NCBI RefSeq assembly: GCF_000195855.1
Contig: NC_002677.1
Span: forward strand, 1,770,001 to 1,802,000
Origin: Mycobacterium leprae TN
GTDB lineage: Bacteria; Actinomycetota; Actinomycetes; Mycobacteriales; Mycobacteriaceae
Direction: 5' to 3'
DNA length: 32,000 nucleotides
Of this stretch, positions 9,773 through 18,669 are shown one piece after another. Every line of letters begins with the position of its first letter. The stretch's first letter is position 1. The notes below the pieces were generated by a model, which saw only the letters and a program-made list of their open reading frames with translations, ran no database searches and was not told the origin of the DNA. Both the position numbers and the translations under genes were made by a program.

Positions 9773-11053
9773 CTAGGCACTCTTATCGCGGCGCTCAGTG
9801 CGCGACGGCTTGCGCGGCACGATTGTCGGCAACACGTTGTCCTGCACAGTCTCCTTGGTCACCACCACTTTGGCAACGTCATCGCGGCTAGGAATATCAT
9901 ACATCACGGGTAGCAGGACTTCTTCCATGATGGCCCGCAGGCCACGAGCGCCGGTGCCGCGGTGGATTGCTTGGTCGGCGACCGCTTCCAGCGCGTCGTT
10001 AGTGAATTCCAGCTCCACACCGTCCATTTCGAAAAGCCAAGTGTACTGCTTGACCAAAGCGTTCTTCGGTTCGGACAGGATCTTGACCAACGACTCCATG
10101 TCCAGATTGATGACCGAGGCGATCACCGGGAGTCGTCCGATGAACTCAGGGATCAAGCCGAACTTGATCAGATCTTCAGGCATCACATCGGCGAAATGAT
10201 CGGTGGTGTCGATTTCGGCTTTGGAGCGGACTTCGGCACCAAAGCCTAAGCCGCGTTTGCCAATACGCTCGTAAATAATCTTATCCAACCCGGCAAAGGC
10301 ACCGGCGACGATGAACAACACGTTGGTGGTATCGATCTGAATGAATTCTTGGTGTGGGTGCTTGCGGCCACCTTGCGGGGGAACCGACGCTTGGGTACCT
10401 TCTAGAATTTTCAGCAGGGCTTGTTGAACGCCCTCGCCGGAGACGTCACGAGTGATCGATGGGTTCTCACTCTTACGAGCGATCTTGTCGACCTCATCGA
10501 TGTAAATAATACCGGTCTCGGCACGCTTGACGTCATAGTCGGCGGCCTGGATCAGCTTAAGCAAGATGTTCTCGACATCCTCACCGACGTAACCGGCCTC
10601 GGTCAGTGCGGTGGCGTCGGCGATGGCGAACGGGACATTGAGCATCTTGGCCAACGTCTGAGCCAGGTAAGTCTTGCCGCAACCAGTAGGTCCCAGCATC
10701 AAGATGTTGGATTTGGCCAACTCTACCGGTTCGCGCTTAGAGTCACGGCCCTTCTCTCCAGCCTGGATCCGCTTGTAGTGATTATAGACCGCGACAGCCA
10801 ACGTCCGCTTGGCGGTGTCCTGCCCGATGACGTAACCCTCAAGAAACTCCCGAATCTCAACAGGCTTGGGCAGCTCATCAAGCTGCACATCGTCAGCATC
10901 GGCCAGTTCTTCTTCGATGATCTCGTTGCACAGGTCAATACATTCATCACAGATGTACACCCCAGGGCCCGCAATTAGTTTCTTGACCTGAGTCTGACTC
11001 TTCCCGCAAAACGAGCACTTCAGCAAGTCACCGCTGTCTCCGATACGCGCCAT
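9773..11053 (-). CDS. clpX: ATP-dependent Clp protease ATP-binding subunit ClpX
   Basis: 426-aa intact ORF. It has the N-terminal zinc-binding CSFCGKSQ...[10 protein letters not shown], Walker A GPTGCGKT and Walker [10 protein letters not shown]. An AGGAAG Shine-Dalgarno-like element lies upstream of the ATG at 11053. Confidence 0.97.
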   Translation of the reverse strand: MARIGDSGDLLKCSFCGKSQTQVKKLIAGPGVYICDECIDLCNEIIEEELADADDVQLDELPKPVEIREFLEGYVIGQDTAKRTLAVAVYNHYKRIQAGEKGRDSKREPVELAKSNILMLGPTGCGKTYLAQTLAKMLNVPFAIADATALTEAGYVGEDVENILLKLIQAADYDVKRAETGIIYIDEVDKIARKSENPSITRDVSGEGVQQALLKILEGTQASVPPQGGRKHPHQEFIQIDTTNVLFIVAGAFAGLDKIIYERIGKRGLGFGAEVRSKAEIDTTDHFADVMPEDLIKFGLIPEFIGRLPVIASVINLDMESLVKILSEPKNALVKQYTWLFEMDGVELEFTNDALEAVADQAIHRGTGARGLRAIMEEVLLPVMYDIPSRDDVAKVVVTKETVQDNVLPTIVPRKPSRTERRDKSA

Positions 11054-11325
11054 GATGCTAAGGGCCTACTTCCTGTTCGCCGTTCGTCTTGCTATGCCGC
11101 GTGTATTCCGCGACGCTACCCGCTAGTTCGGGGCAGACGCGACCGTTAGCGCCGAATCGCGTCATCGGTATTCTTATGACTCTTCCGTCTGGCATGAAAC
11201 ATATAGCCCGACTCCACCCACCACTGGTCGAGACGCGCAATCCGTGTCTCTGGCGTGTCGCGGTCGTTGCGTGACCGCCGCCCCTGAGTCGTCGAGCCTG
11301 CGCGTAATCACCTTACAGTGGCCAA

Positions 11326-12207
11326 GTGGGACTGGCTGTTCACAGCGAATCCGTGCTGATCAACGACGGTGGGTTGGCCACCGAGCTCGAAGCGCGCGGA
11401 AACGATCTATCCGATCCGTTGTGGTCGGCTAGACTGCTGACGGATGCCCCACAAGAAATCGTCGCGGTGCACGTCGCGTACTTTCGCGCTGGCGCGACGA
11501 TCGCGACAACCGTGAGCTACCAAGCATCGTTTGAAGGTTTTGCGGCACGCGGGATCGGCCGCGATCAGGCCATCCGGCTGATGCGCCGCAGCGTCGCACT
11601 TGCCAGCGCCGCGCGTGATGAGATCAGCGCGGGTGGTCTTTGCGTCGCCGCCTCAGTCGGACCGTACGGCGCGGCGCTGGCCGACGGGTCGGAATACCGC
11701 GGACGCTACGGCCTGTCCGTCGCAGCTCTGGCCCGATGGCATCGCCCGCGGCTGGAGGTACTGGCCGACGCCGGCGCGGACGTACTCGCCCTGGAAACCA
11801 TCCCCGACATCGACGAGGCAGAAGCGTTAGTCGACCTGGTACGCTCGGTCGGAGTGCCAGCGTGGCTCAGCTACACCATCAACGGAACGCGGACCCGCGC
11901 CGGACAACCGCTTGCCGAGGCGTTCGCGGTGGCCGCCGGCGTCCCCAAGATTGTCGCGGTCGGCGTCAATTGCTGCGCACCCGACGATGTGCTGGCGGCC
12001 ATCCAGATCGCGAATATCGGCAAGCCGATCATCGTCTACCCGAATAGTGGAGAACGCTGGGATTACCGCACCTGGACAGGACCGCGTAGGTTTTCGGCGC
12101 AGCTCGCCCTGCAGTGGACGGCGGCCGGGGCACGCATCGTCGGCGGATGCTGCCGGGTGCGGCCGGCGGATATCGCCGAATTGACGAAGGCACTGGCGAG
12201 CCGTTAA
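11326..12207 (+). CDS. mmuM: Homocysteine S-methyltransferase (MmuM type)
   Basis: 293-aa intact ORF with a GTG start. It reads [28 protein letters not shown]...TVSYQAS and carries the zinc-ligand cysteines in GVNCCAP and IVGGCCRV. It is divergent from clpX, as Rv2458 is in M. tuberculosis. Confidence 0.85.
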   Translation: MGLAVHSESVLINDGGLATELEARGNDLSDPLWSARLLTDAPQEIVAVHVAYFRAGATIATTVSYQASFEGFAARGIGRDQAIRLMRRSVALASAARDEISAGGLCVAASVGPYGAALADGSEYRGRYGLSVAALARWHRPRLEVLADAGADVLALETIPDIDEAEALVDLVRSVGVPAWLSYTINGTRTRAGQPLAEAFAVAAGVPKIVAVGVNCCAPDDVLAAIQIANIGKPIIVYPNSGERWDYRTWTGPRRFSAQLALQWTAAGARIVGGCCRVRPADIAELTKALASR

Positions 12208-12848
12208 ACGGTCTGCGCGGAAAGCTTACGGTATTCCAACACAGTGTCGATAATACCGTAATCCTTGGCTTCTTCGGCGGTCAGGATTTTATCCCTGTCC
12301 GTGTCCTTACGGATCACCGCGGCATCCTTGCCGGTGTGCCGGGACAGCGTCGTCTCCATCAGGGTGCGCATCCGTTCGATTTCGGCAGCCTGGATCTCCA
12401 GATCGGAGAATTGACCTTGGATCACACCGGCCAGCGACGGCTGGTGGATCAGCACGCGCGCGTTGGGTAGCGCCATCCGCTTACCCGGGGTTCCGGCAGC
12501 CAGCAGCACCGCCGCCGCCGAAGCAGCCTGACCCAAACACACCGTCTGGATGTCGGCCCGTACATACTGCATCGTGTCGTAGATCGCCATCAACGAGGTG
12601 AAACCACCGCCCGGTGAGTTGATGTACATAGTGATATCGCGGTCGGGATCCAGCGACTCCAACACCAGCAGCTGGGCCATGATGTCGTTTGCCGACGCAT
12701 CGTCAACTTGGACGCCGAGAAAGATGATGCGTTCCTCAAACAGCTTGTTGTAAGGGTTGGACTCCTTGACGCCGAAACTGGAGTGCTCGATGAATGATGG
12801 CAGGATGTATCGCGCCTGAGGTTGGAGCTGAGAATTCTGCAGTTTCAC
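12204..12848 (-). CDS. clpP2: ATP-dependent Clp protease proteolytic subunit 2
   Basis: 214-aa ORF reading [34 protein letters not shown]. The catalytic Ser context is [11 protein letters not shown], with IHQP for the catalytic His. The GTG start overlaps the clpP1 stop (GTGA at 12845..12848). Confidence 0.95.
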   Translation of the reverse strand: MKLQNSQLQPQARYILPSFIEHSSFGVKESNPYNKLFEERIIFLGVQVDDASANDIMAQLLVLESLDPDRDITMYINSPGGGFTSLMAIYDTMQYVRADIQTVCLGQAASAAAVLLAAGTPGKRMALPNARVLIHQPSLAGVIQGQFSDLEIQAAEIERMRTLMETTLSRHTGKDAAVIRKDTDRDKILTAEEAKDYGIIDTVLEYRKLSAQTV

Positions 12849-13447
12849 TGCACTTCTCCGTTGACGTGGGCGCGGGTAATGATGTGGTCGACAAAACCGT
12901 ATTCCAGGGCTTCCGAGGCAGTGAACCAGCGGTCGCGGTCAGAATCCGCTTCGATTCGCTCGATCGGCTGACCGGTGAACTCAGCGTTGAGCCGGAACAT
13001 CTCCTTTTTGATGACGGCGAACTGCTCAGCCTGGATGGCGATGTCGGCTGCACTGCCGGTCACCCCGCCCAGCGGCTGGTGCATTAGGATGCGGGCGTGT
13101 GGTAGCGCGTAGCGCTTGCCCCTAGTTCCCGCCGCCAGCAAGAACTCCCCCATCGACGCGGCCATGCCCATCGCGTAGGTGGCGATGTCACATGGCGCCA
13201 GCACCATGGTGTCGTAGATCGCCATCCCGGCGCTGATCGATCCACCGGGGGAATTGATGTACAGAGAAATGTCCTTGAAGGCGTCTTCGGCGGCAAGCAG
13301 CAGTATCTGTGCGCAGAGCCGATTGGCGATGTTGTCGTTCACCTCCGACCCCAGGAAGATGATGCGTTCGGAGAGCAATCGCTCATAGACCGAGTCCGTG
13401 AGGTTGAAACCCTGCGAATTCGAACGGATGTCAGTCACGTGGCCCAC
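12845..13447 (-). CDS. clpP1: ATP-dependent Clp protease proteolytic subunit 1
   Basis: The track ORF runs to 13519 (224 aa). The conserved ClpP1 N-terminus starts at [13 protein letters not shown], i.e. the GTG at 13447, which gives 200 aa. The catalytic Ser context is [11 protein letters not shown], with MHQP for the catalytic His. The start choice is an inference from family alignment recalled from memory. Confidence 0.92.
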   Translation of the reverse strand: MGHVTDIRSNSQGFNLTDSVYERLLSERIIFLGSEVNDNIANRLCAQILLLAAEDAFKDISLYINSPGGSISAGMAIYDTMVLAPCDIATYAMGMAASMGEFLLAAGTRGKRYALPHARILMHQPLGGVTGSAADIAIQAEQFAVIKKEMFRLNAEFTGQPIERIEADSDRDRWFTASEALEYGFVDHIITRAHVNGEVQ

Positions 13448-13570
13448 AGTGGGATACCTGCTTTCTGGAGTTCTGTATGCACCGACACTAACGAACCGAG
13501 CCCGTTGTTTGGCGATCACGCACCCCCTGAAAGGGGCACGTTCGTTTACAGCGTCATAACCCAGTCATTG

Positions 13571-14980
13571 TCATTCCGCGGCCTCGTCGACCTCTTCATC
13601 GATGGCATCACTGTTCGGATCTGCTTCTTCGGTCTTCTGGTCGGCCTTATCGCTTTGGGCATGCTTACCGAAAAATTCACTGGTGTCTATCGTGTTTCCG
13701 TCACTATCGGTGAACGTAGCCGCCTCGACCACAGCTGCGACCGCCAGCCTGCGCCGCGCGTCAGTAACCAAGGACGATAACCGGTTGTTTTCCCGCAAGA
13801 AGCCAAACAGCTGCTGTGCGTCGACGCCGTATTGCTGAGACGTGGCGAGCAAGCGTTCGTTCAGGTCATCCTGACCCACCTGGATCTTCTGGTCGTCAGC
13901 CACTACATCCAACAGCAGTTGCCTCGTGACATCTCTCTCGGCAGCGCTACGCGCTTCAGCCTCGAACTCCTCGCGCGACGACCCACGCTCAGCGAGCACC
14001 TCGGCGAACTTGGCTTCGTCGTGGCCCAGGCCGCTGAGCGCGTCATGCAGGGCATTATTGAACTGGGCTTGCACAATCCCTTCCGGCAATGGCACATCTA
14101 CCCGCTCGAGCAAAGCGTCCACAGCCGCGTCACGGATTTTCTCCGCTTGCTGGGCGTACTTAGCCTTACGGACCTGATCCCCGAGATTGGCCCGTAGTTC
14201 TGCCATGGTGTCGAACTCGCTGACCAGTTGCGCGAATTCGTCATCCGGCTCCGGCAATTCGCGTTCCTTGACCGACTTGACGGTGACGATGACCTCTGCG
14301 TCTTGCCCGGCGTGTTTGCTGGTCGCTAACTGGGTGGTGAAGACTCGCGACTCACCAGCGGACAAACCGACGAGCGCATCGTCGAGACCTGCGATAAGCC
14401 GGCCGTAGCCGACCTCATGAGACAGCCCCTCCGCATCGGCGTTCGGCACCTTCTCGCCATTGATGGTGGCCGACAAATCAATCGAGACAAAGTCACCGAG
14501 CGCCACAGGTCGGTCCACGCCGATCAGAGTGCCGAACCTGGCACGCAACGACCGCAACTCTGCCTCGACATCATCGGTGCTGACCTCGACCGGATCCACA
14601 ACAACCTTCAATGTGCTGAAATCCGGAAGTGCGATCTTGGGGCGTACCTCAACTTCGACGGTGAAAGCCAGATCCTGACCGTACTCCTTTCTGATCACCT
14701 CTATTTCGGGCTGGCCGATCGGTTGGACCTCAGACTCCGCCAGCGCCTGCCCGTACCGACTGGGCATGGCTTCGTTGACGACCTGATCGAGCAGCGTCTC
14801 CCGACCAAAACGGGCCTCCAGCAATCGCGCAGGAACTTTCCCGGGCCGGAAACCGGGCAGCTGCACATGTCTGGCCAGCTCTTTGTAGGCCCGCTGAAAA
14901 TCCGGCTCAAGCTCTGTAAAAGGTACTTCCACGTTGATACGCACCCGAGTAGGGTTCAACTGCTCGACACTGCTTTTCAC
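13571..14980 (-). CDS. tig: Trigger factor (ribosome-associated peptidyl-prolyl isomerase)
   Basis: The sequence reads [21 protein letters not shown]...[10 protein letters not shown] (ribosome-binding motif) and has an acidic C-terminal tail. I place the start at GTG 14980, preceded by GAGGAG. The 500-aa track ORF extends to 15073 only by reading through tRNA-Pro on the same strand. Confidence 0.93.
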   Translation of the reverse strand: MKSSVEQLNPTRVRINVEVPFTELEPDFQRAYKELARHVQLPGFRPGKVPARLLEARFGRETLLDQVVNEAMPSRYGQALAESEVQPIGQPEIEVIRKEYGQDLAFTVEVEVRPKIALPDFSTLKVVVDPVEVSTDDVEAELRSLRARFGTLIGVDRPVALGDFVSIDLSATINGEKVPNADAEGLSHEVGYGRLIAGLDDALVGLSAGESRVFTTQLATSKHAGQDAEVIVTVKSVKERELPEPDDEFAQLVSEFDTMAELRANLGDQVRKAKYAQQAEKIRDAAVDALLERVDVPLPEGIVQAQFNNALHDALSGLGHDEAKFAEVLAERGSSREEFEAEARSAAERDVTRQLLLDVVADDQKIQVGQDDLNERLLATSQQYGVDAQQLFGFLRENNRLSSLVTDARRRLAVAAVVEAATFTDSDGNTIDTSEFFGKHAQSDKADQKTEEADPNSDAIDEEVDEAAE

Positions 14981-15011
14981 GGGCGTGCTCCTCGGTGGTC
15001 GTCCCTGGCGA

Positions 15012-15088
15012 TTGGTCGGGGTGACAGGATTTGAACCTGCGGCCTTCCGCTCCCAAAGCGGATGCGCTACCAAGCTGCGCTACACCCC
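15012..15088 (-). tRNA. tRNA-Pro (anticodon UGG), CCA encoded
   Basis: The reverse complement is CGGGGTGTAGCGCAGCTTGGTAGCGCATCCGCTTTGGGAGCGGAAGGCCGCAGGTTCAAATCCTGTCACCCCGACCA. It folds as a cloverleaf: 7-bp acceptor CGGGGTG/CACCCCG, D stem GCGC/GCGC, anticodon stem TCCGC/GCGGA with loop TTTGGGA, and T stem GCAGG/CCTGT with loop TTCAAAT. Confidence 0.92.
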
Positions 15089-15224
15089 GCGCTGACCACG
15101 CGATCTTACGGCCCGACAGCAACGGCTTTTGCAACGACCTATTTGCGTCACGGAGCGGTCGCAGAACAACTCCGATTAGAGTTTTATGCCTGCCACCACG
15201 TACAGTCGCCTTCGACTGATACAC

Positions 15225-15295
15225 GCGGGCGTAGCTCAATGGTAGAGCCCTAGTCCTCCAAACTAGCTACACGGGTTCGATTCCCGTCGCCCGCT
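15225..15295 (+). tRNA. tRNA-Gly (anticodon UCC), CCA not encoded
   Basis: The sequence is GCGGGCGTAGCTCAATGGTAGAGCCCTAGTCCTCCAAACTAGCTACACGGGTTCGATTCCCGTCGCCCGCT. The fold has acceptor GCGGGCG/CGCCCGC, D stem GCTC/GAGC, anticodon stem CTAGT/ACTAG with loop CCTCCAA, and T stem ACGGG/CCCGT with loop TTCGATT. It is followed by CAG rather than CCA. Confidence 0.88.
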
Positions 15296-15328
15296 CAGGT
15301 TGACTGTTTTGCTCAACAGAAAGGCACC

Positions 15329-16445
15329 ATGAGCGAAGTCATCAAAAGATCATGCGCGTCGGACTTCGGTCGGCGTACAAGATGCGTTCGAGCACAACTT
15401 TGCGCTGCATAGCCAAGTCGGCACGGCTGTAGCGGTGTGGGTCGACGGAGATCTTGTCGTCCACCTCTGGGCAGCTCCGCCGACACCGCCGGTACCCTGC
15501 CGTGGCAGCAGGAGACACTATCCGTCGTGCTCTCCGGCACCAAGACGCTACTGGCCAGAGTTCGGGCTGGCAAGGAAGCCAGCCACGCTGGCCATGGTGA
15601 TGAGCCACCGCTCCGGCGCAATTGGGTCGCGCAAACGGTTCACTTGAGGGCAAGTAGCGATTGGAAGCCTTATCGGCGTGCAGCGAACTGCCGAACCGTG
15701 GTGACTAGCCAGCAACCGCCCAGAGTTACCACGCAGTCCGCTTCAATGTCCTCCTCGGTGAGGTGACTCACCGGGTCACCGGCCGTATAATACCTCACTA
15801 ATTTACTCACCGAGATTGCCGAACCTTTAGGCATCGATGTGCATATTGGCTTCCCTGCCGGTGAGCATCACCACTGTGCCGATCTGATGAACCACTCCCC
15901 AAATCCGCATGATGGTGTGCGGCGTCAAGGTATCCGACTATACCGTCATGCTGGCCTAACACCCGAAAGCAGGGCTGTCCGTCTCGATCGGGTTCGTGCC
16001 CCTTGTATGCCCGACAACTAACTCGGCTTCAAGGCATCGGAGCGGTGGTGAAAGATCGAATTTCCCACCATCAACAGACATGCGTCGGCGCTGGGGTTGG
16101 CGACTTTAAACTACAACACACTCACCCAGGAGAAGCTGCTCAGTCCCAGCCACATGGACCTCGAGCCACGCGAACCTCGTCCGGGTGTCCCAAAGTGGCT
16201 TCGACACCGATCCGGTGCTCGGCCCGCGGGTCTCCCCCGATCACGTATGGAATTTGGGCTACATGCTCAACCAGCGTGGCAGCAACGGACCCAATCCGGA
16301 GATTTTCGGCCACGGCGGCACAGGCGGTTCATTCGGGTTTGTCGATTTGGAACACCGAATCGGCTAAGCGTATGTGATGAATCGCTTCGACACCACCGAG
16401 GCCAACGCAGACCCACGCAACCTCGCCCTTAGTAACCAGGTCTAG
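15329..16445 (+). pseudogene. lipP: Esterase/lipase of the beta-lactamase (class C, SxxK) family, LipP-like, pseudogene
   Basis: From the ATG at 15329, fragments in different frames read VWVDGDLVVHLW, PWQQETLSVVLSGTKTLLA (SxxK motif), GPRVSPDHVWNLGYMLNQ and FGHGGTGGSFGFVDLEHRIG. An in-frame TAA at 16365..16367 follows, then AYVMNRFDTTEANADPR. Its position next to tig and the tRNAs matches lipP (Rv2463) in M. tuberculosis. Confidence 0.7.
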
Positions 16446-16557
16446 GCGGCGCTTGAGGTCAACAACGACGAACTCTAGGTAGTCTAAAATTACCGACGAC
16501 TGGGCCAACCCGGTCTCCACCCGCGGATTCAGCGAAGTTGATCTTTGTCCTGGCCAT

Positions 16558-17376
16558 TCACGTCTGGCACTGAGGGCGCCAAAACACATTACGACCCTCT
16601 AGCATCGTGCAGTACAGATCTTTCCCCCACACCAACCCGGTAGAGCCCCTCACCGGTGCACCGGCTAGACGTACGGGGCCGCTCTGGCAGGTAGGACAGC
16701 AGACTGCGATCGTACTCGGGTAAATCACGAAGATTTTGCCACGGCGCAAACACATTTTATCTTCAGTGCCACCAGATCGGCCCACTCTGCATCGAACGCT
16801 GTCTGACCGATCTCCTCGGTCGATCTGGAGCAGGTCGATGCGGTGGCGGAACAACAATTGGCTGTGGATACATGCCCCACCCGAACCCGGCCGATAACGG
16901 TTTGCTCCATCAAGAGTGTATTAACAAGTTTACACGACTTTGTAACCCGGGCCCACGCCCACCAGGGGTTGGCATCGCCACGTAGGTGATCGAGTCCAAA
17001 CCTTGCGACGACGTCTCCGACCTGGCCTTCGTCGAACAACCGGCATACTGTCGAGCCGCCCAAGTCGGTGCCGCAGTCAGCACCGACCATCCACATCCGT
17101 ACCTGTCCGACCTGTTACGAACAGCGATACATCGCTAGAGCGAGTCCATTCGGTGAAGATGCCTATAGAGACCAAGACACACATGCCCTATCGGACCATT
17201 GACGTAGTGATAAAACAGATACTTGCTCCAAGTTGGCCTGCGCTACCACTCGACCGTCCACCGCGGCCGCCAAACTAGCGAATCGCAGTTGGCGAGTTGA
17301 ACACCACGACGGGTGCACCAGAGAATCGACGCTGATGCAACCAGGCCAGCCGGTGCTAAGGATGCCTTCCGGGCAC
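16558..17376 (-). pseudogene. nei: Fpg/Nei-family DNA glycosylase (endonuclease VIII, Rv2464c-like) pseudogene
   Basis: GTG 17376, 9 nt after the rpiB stop, reads VPGRHP*HRLAWLHQRRFSGAPVVVFNSP, which is the MPEGH..HRLA..LHQRRF N-terminus with a frameshift and a TAG. The middle fragment is GLDHLRGDANPWWAW...LLMEQTVIGRVRVGHV. The C-terminal zinc-finger remnant is ...CCPTCQ... / VFWRPQCQT with a stop at 16558. The fragments lie in several frames. Confidence 0.7.
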
Positions 17377-17385
17377 CGGTGAACC

Positions 17386-17874
17386 TCAGGCCTGAGCGCC
17401 GGGCACCGGCGGCGCTTGGTGCGTACGTTCGAATTCGGCGAGGATATCGATACGCCGTTGGTGGCGCTGCGCTTCCGACCACGGTGTGGTCACGAAAGCG
17501 TCGACAATAGTCAGCGCCTCAGCGACGGTGTGCATGCGGCCGCCAATACCGATCAACTGCGCGTTGTTGTGTTCACGCGCCAGCCTCGCGGTCTCGACGC
17601 TCCACGCCAGCGCGCACCGTGCGCCGACAACCTTGTTGGCCGCGATCTGCTCGCCGTTGCCCGACCCCCCAAGCACGATACCGAGGCTACCTGGATCGGC
17701 CACCGTGCGCGTCGCGGCAGTGATGCAAAACGCCGGATATTCATCGTCGACATCGTAACTAAAGGCGCCACAGTCGATCGGCTGATGACCGGATTGTTTC
17801 AGATGCTCGATAATCTGCCGCTTGAGCTCGTAGCCGGCGTGATCGGCCCCCAGGTAGACACGCATGCCCGACAT
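17386..17874 (-). CDS. rpiB: Ribose-5-phosphate isomerase B
   Basis: MSGMRVYLGADHAGYELKRQIIEHLKQSGHQPIDCG...GIVLGGSGNGEQIAANK...REHNNAQLIGIGGR. I place the start at the ATG at 17874 (162 aa). The 190-aa track ORF adds a non-conserved, Ser/Pro/Arg-rich leader. Confidence 0.93.
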   Translation of the reverse strand: MSGMRVYLGADHAGYELKRQIIEHLKQSGHQPIDCGAFSYDVDDEYPAFCITAATRTVADPGSLGIVLGGSGNGEQIAANKVVGARCALAWSVETARLAREHNNAQLIGIGGRMHTVAEALTIVDAFVTTPWSEAQRHQRRIDILAEFERTHQAPPVPGAQA

Positions 17875-17914
17875 TGTGCCCGACGCGGTTACGACGCTCG
17901 CCGAGCCGCCTGTT

Positions 17915-18538
17915 CTAGGCGAACTGCGGCGGTTCGGTTCGGGTCCGCTTGAGCTCAAAAAAGTGTGGGTAAGCCGCCAAAGTCAGCGAGGCGTCCCAGA
18001 GCTTGCCGGCCTCCTCACCGCGCGGGATTTTCGACAATACCGGCCCGAAGAACGCCACACCGTTGACGTGCACAGTCGGTGTGCCGACATCGTCGCCAAC
18101 CGGGTCCATGCCGGCGTGGTGACTCTCACGCAGCGCGTCGTCGTAGGCGTTACTTTGAGCTGCCGCGGCCAGCTCCGCTGGCAGACCAGTGTCGGCAAGC
18201 GATCTCTTGATGACCTCGTCGAGGTTTTTGTTGTCCTCGTTGTGAATCCGGATACCCATCGCAGTGTACAAGGGGTCCAGCACACTGGCACCATTAGCCT
18301 GTTCAGCAGCGATCACCACCCGCGCCGGTCCCCATGCCTTCGTTATATTTTCGAGATAGTTTTCCGTCAGATCTTCGCGGTTTTCGTTAAGTATCGCCAG
18401 ACTCATCACGTGAAAGTGCACCTCGACATCGCGAACCTTCTCCACCTCAAGGATCCAGCGCGAAGTGATCCAGCACCACGGGCATAGCGGGTCGAACCAT
18501 AAATCGGCTTGATACTTGACAGACGCCTTCTCGGGCAT
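17915..18538 (-). CDS. DsbA-like thioredoxin-fold thiol oxidoreductase with CPWC active site (Rv2466c type)
   Basis: [52 protein letters not shown]...[32 protein letters not shown] place the start at the ATG at 18538 (207 aa), preceded by GGAGAGGA. The track ORF (255 aa) over-extends into the divergent pepN promoter region. Confidence 0.9.
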   Translation of the reverse strand: MPEKASVKYQADLWFDPLCPWCWITSRWILEVEKVRDVEVHFHVMSLAILNENREDLTENYLENITKAWGPARVVIAAEQANGASVLDPLYTAMGIRIHNEDNKNLDEVIKRSLADTGLPAELAAAAQSNAYDDALRESHHAGMDPVGDDVGTPTVHVNGVAFFGPVLSKIPRGEEAGKLWDASLTLAAYPHFFELKRTRTEPPQFA

Positions 18539-18669
18539 GGCGCAGTCCTCTCCAGAGAGTTCAGAGACAGTCGGAAAACTTTTCAGTACAAACGTAGTTG
18601 CCGCGCGGCTGTTCCCACCCAAAGGTACCGGCACCCGGCTCGCGTACCGACAGGCTCTAAGTTGGACGC

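Noticed and set aside
10421-10978. 185-aa plus-strand ORF inside clpX. Similar long antisense or alternative-frame ORFs occur inside valS (e.g. 1352..1861), tig (14417..15034, 205 aa), rpiB (17416..17952), the DsbA-like gene (17864..18487, 207 aa), mmuM (11640..12047) and fbiC (28516..28947).
   Set aside because: Each is fully embedded in a gene with strong family motifs on the other strand or frame. Their translations are low-complexity Arg/Ser/Pro/Leu-rich shadow products typical of GC-rich DNA, and they show no recognisable motifs or start contexts.
11054-11325. The clpX-mmuM divergent intergenic region as a SAM or other riboswitch controlling mmuM.
   Set aside because: I could not recognise any conserved riboswitch core sequence or an obvious extended pairing scheme by eye. 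A covariance-model scan would be needed before claiming anything.
13448-13570. A ClgR-type operator or a rho-independent terminator in the tig-clpP1 intergenic region.
   Set aside because: I could find only a weak 5-bp stem (cccct/agggg, 3-nt loop, about 13524..13536) without a U-tract, and no convincing CGC-N5-GCG palindrome. The evidence is insufficient to call either feature.
14981-15073. N-terminal extension of the tig ORF (500 aa in the track). Analogous extensions affect clpP1 (to 13519), rpiB (to 17958), the DsbA-like gene (to 18682) and the Rv1171-like gene (to 31855).
   Set aside because: The tig extension reads through tRNA-Pro on the same strand. The other extensions add non-conserved leaders upstream of the conserved family N-termini. 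Internal GTG/ATG starts with Shine-Dalgarno-like purine tracts give the expected protein lengths.
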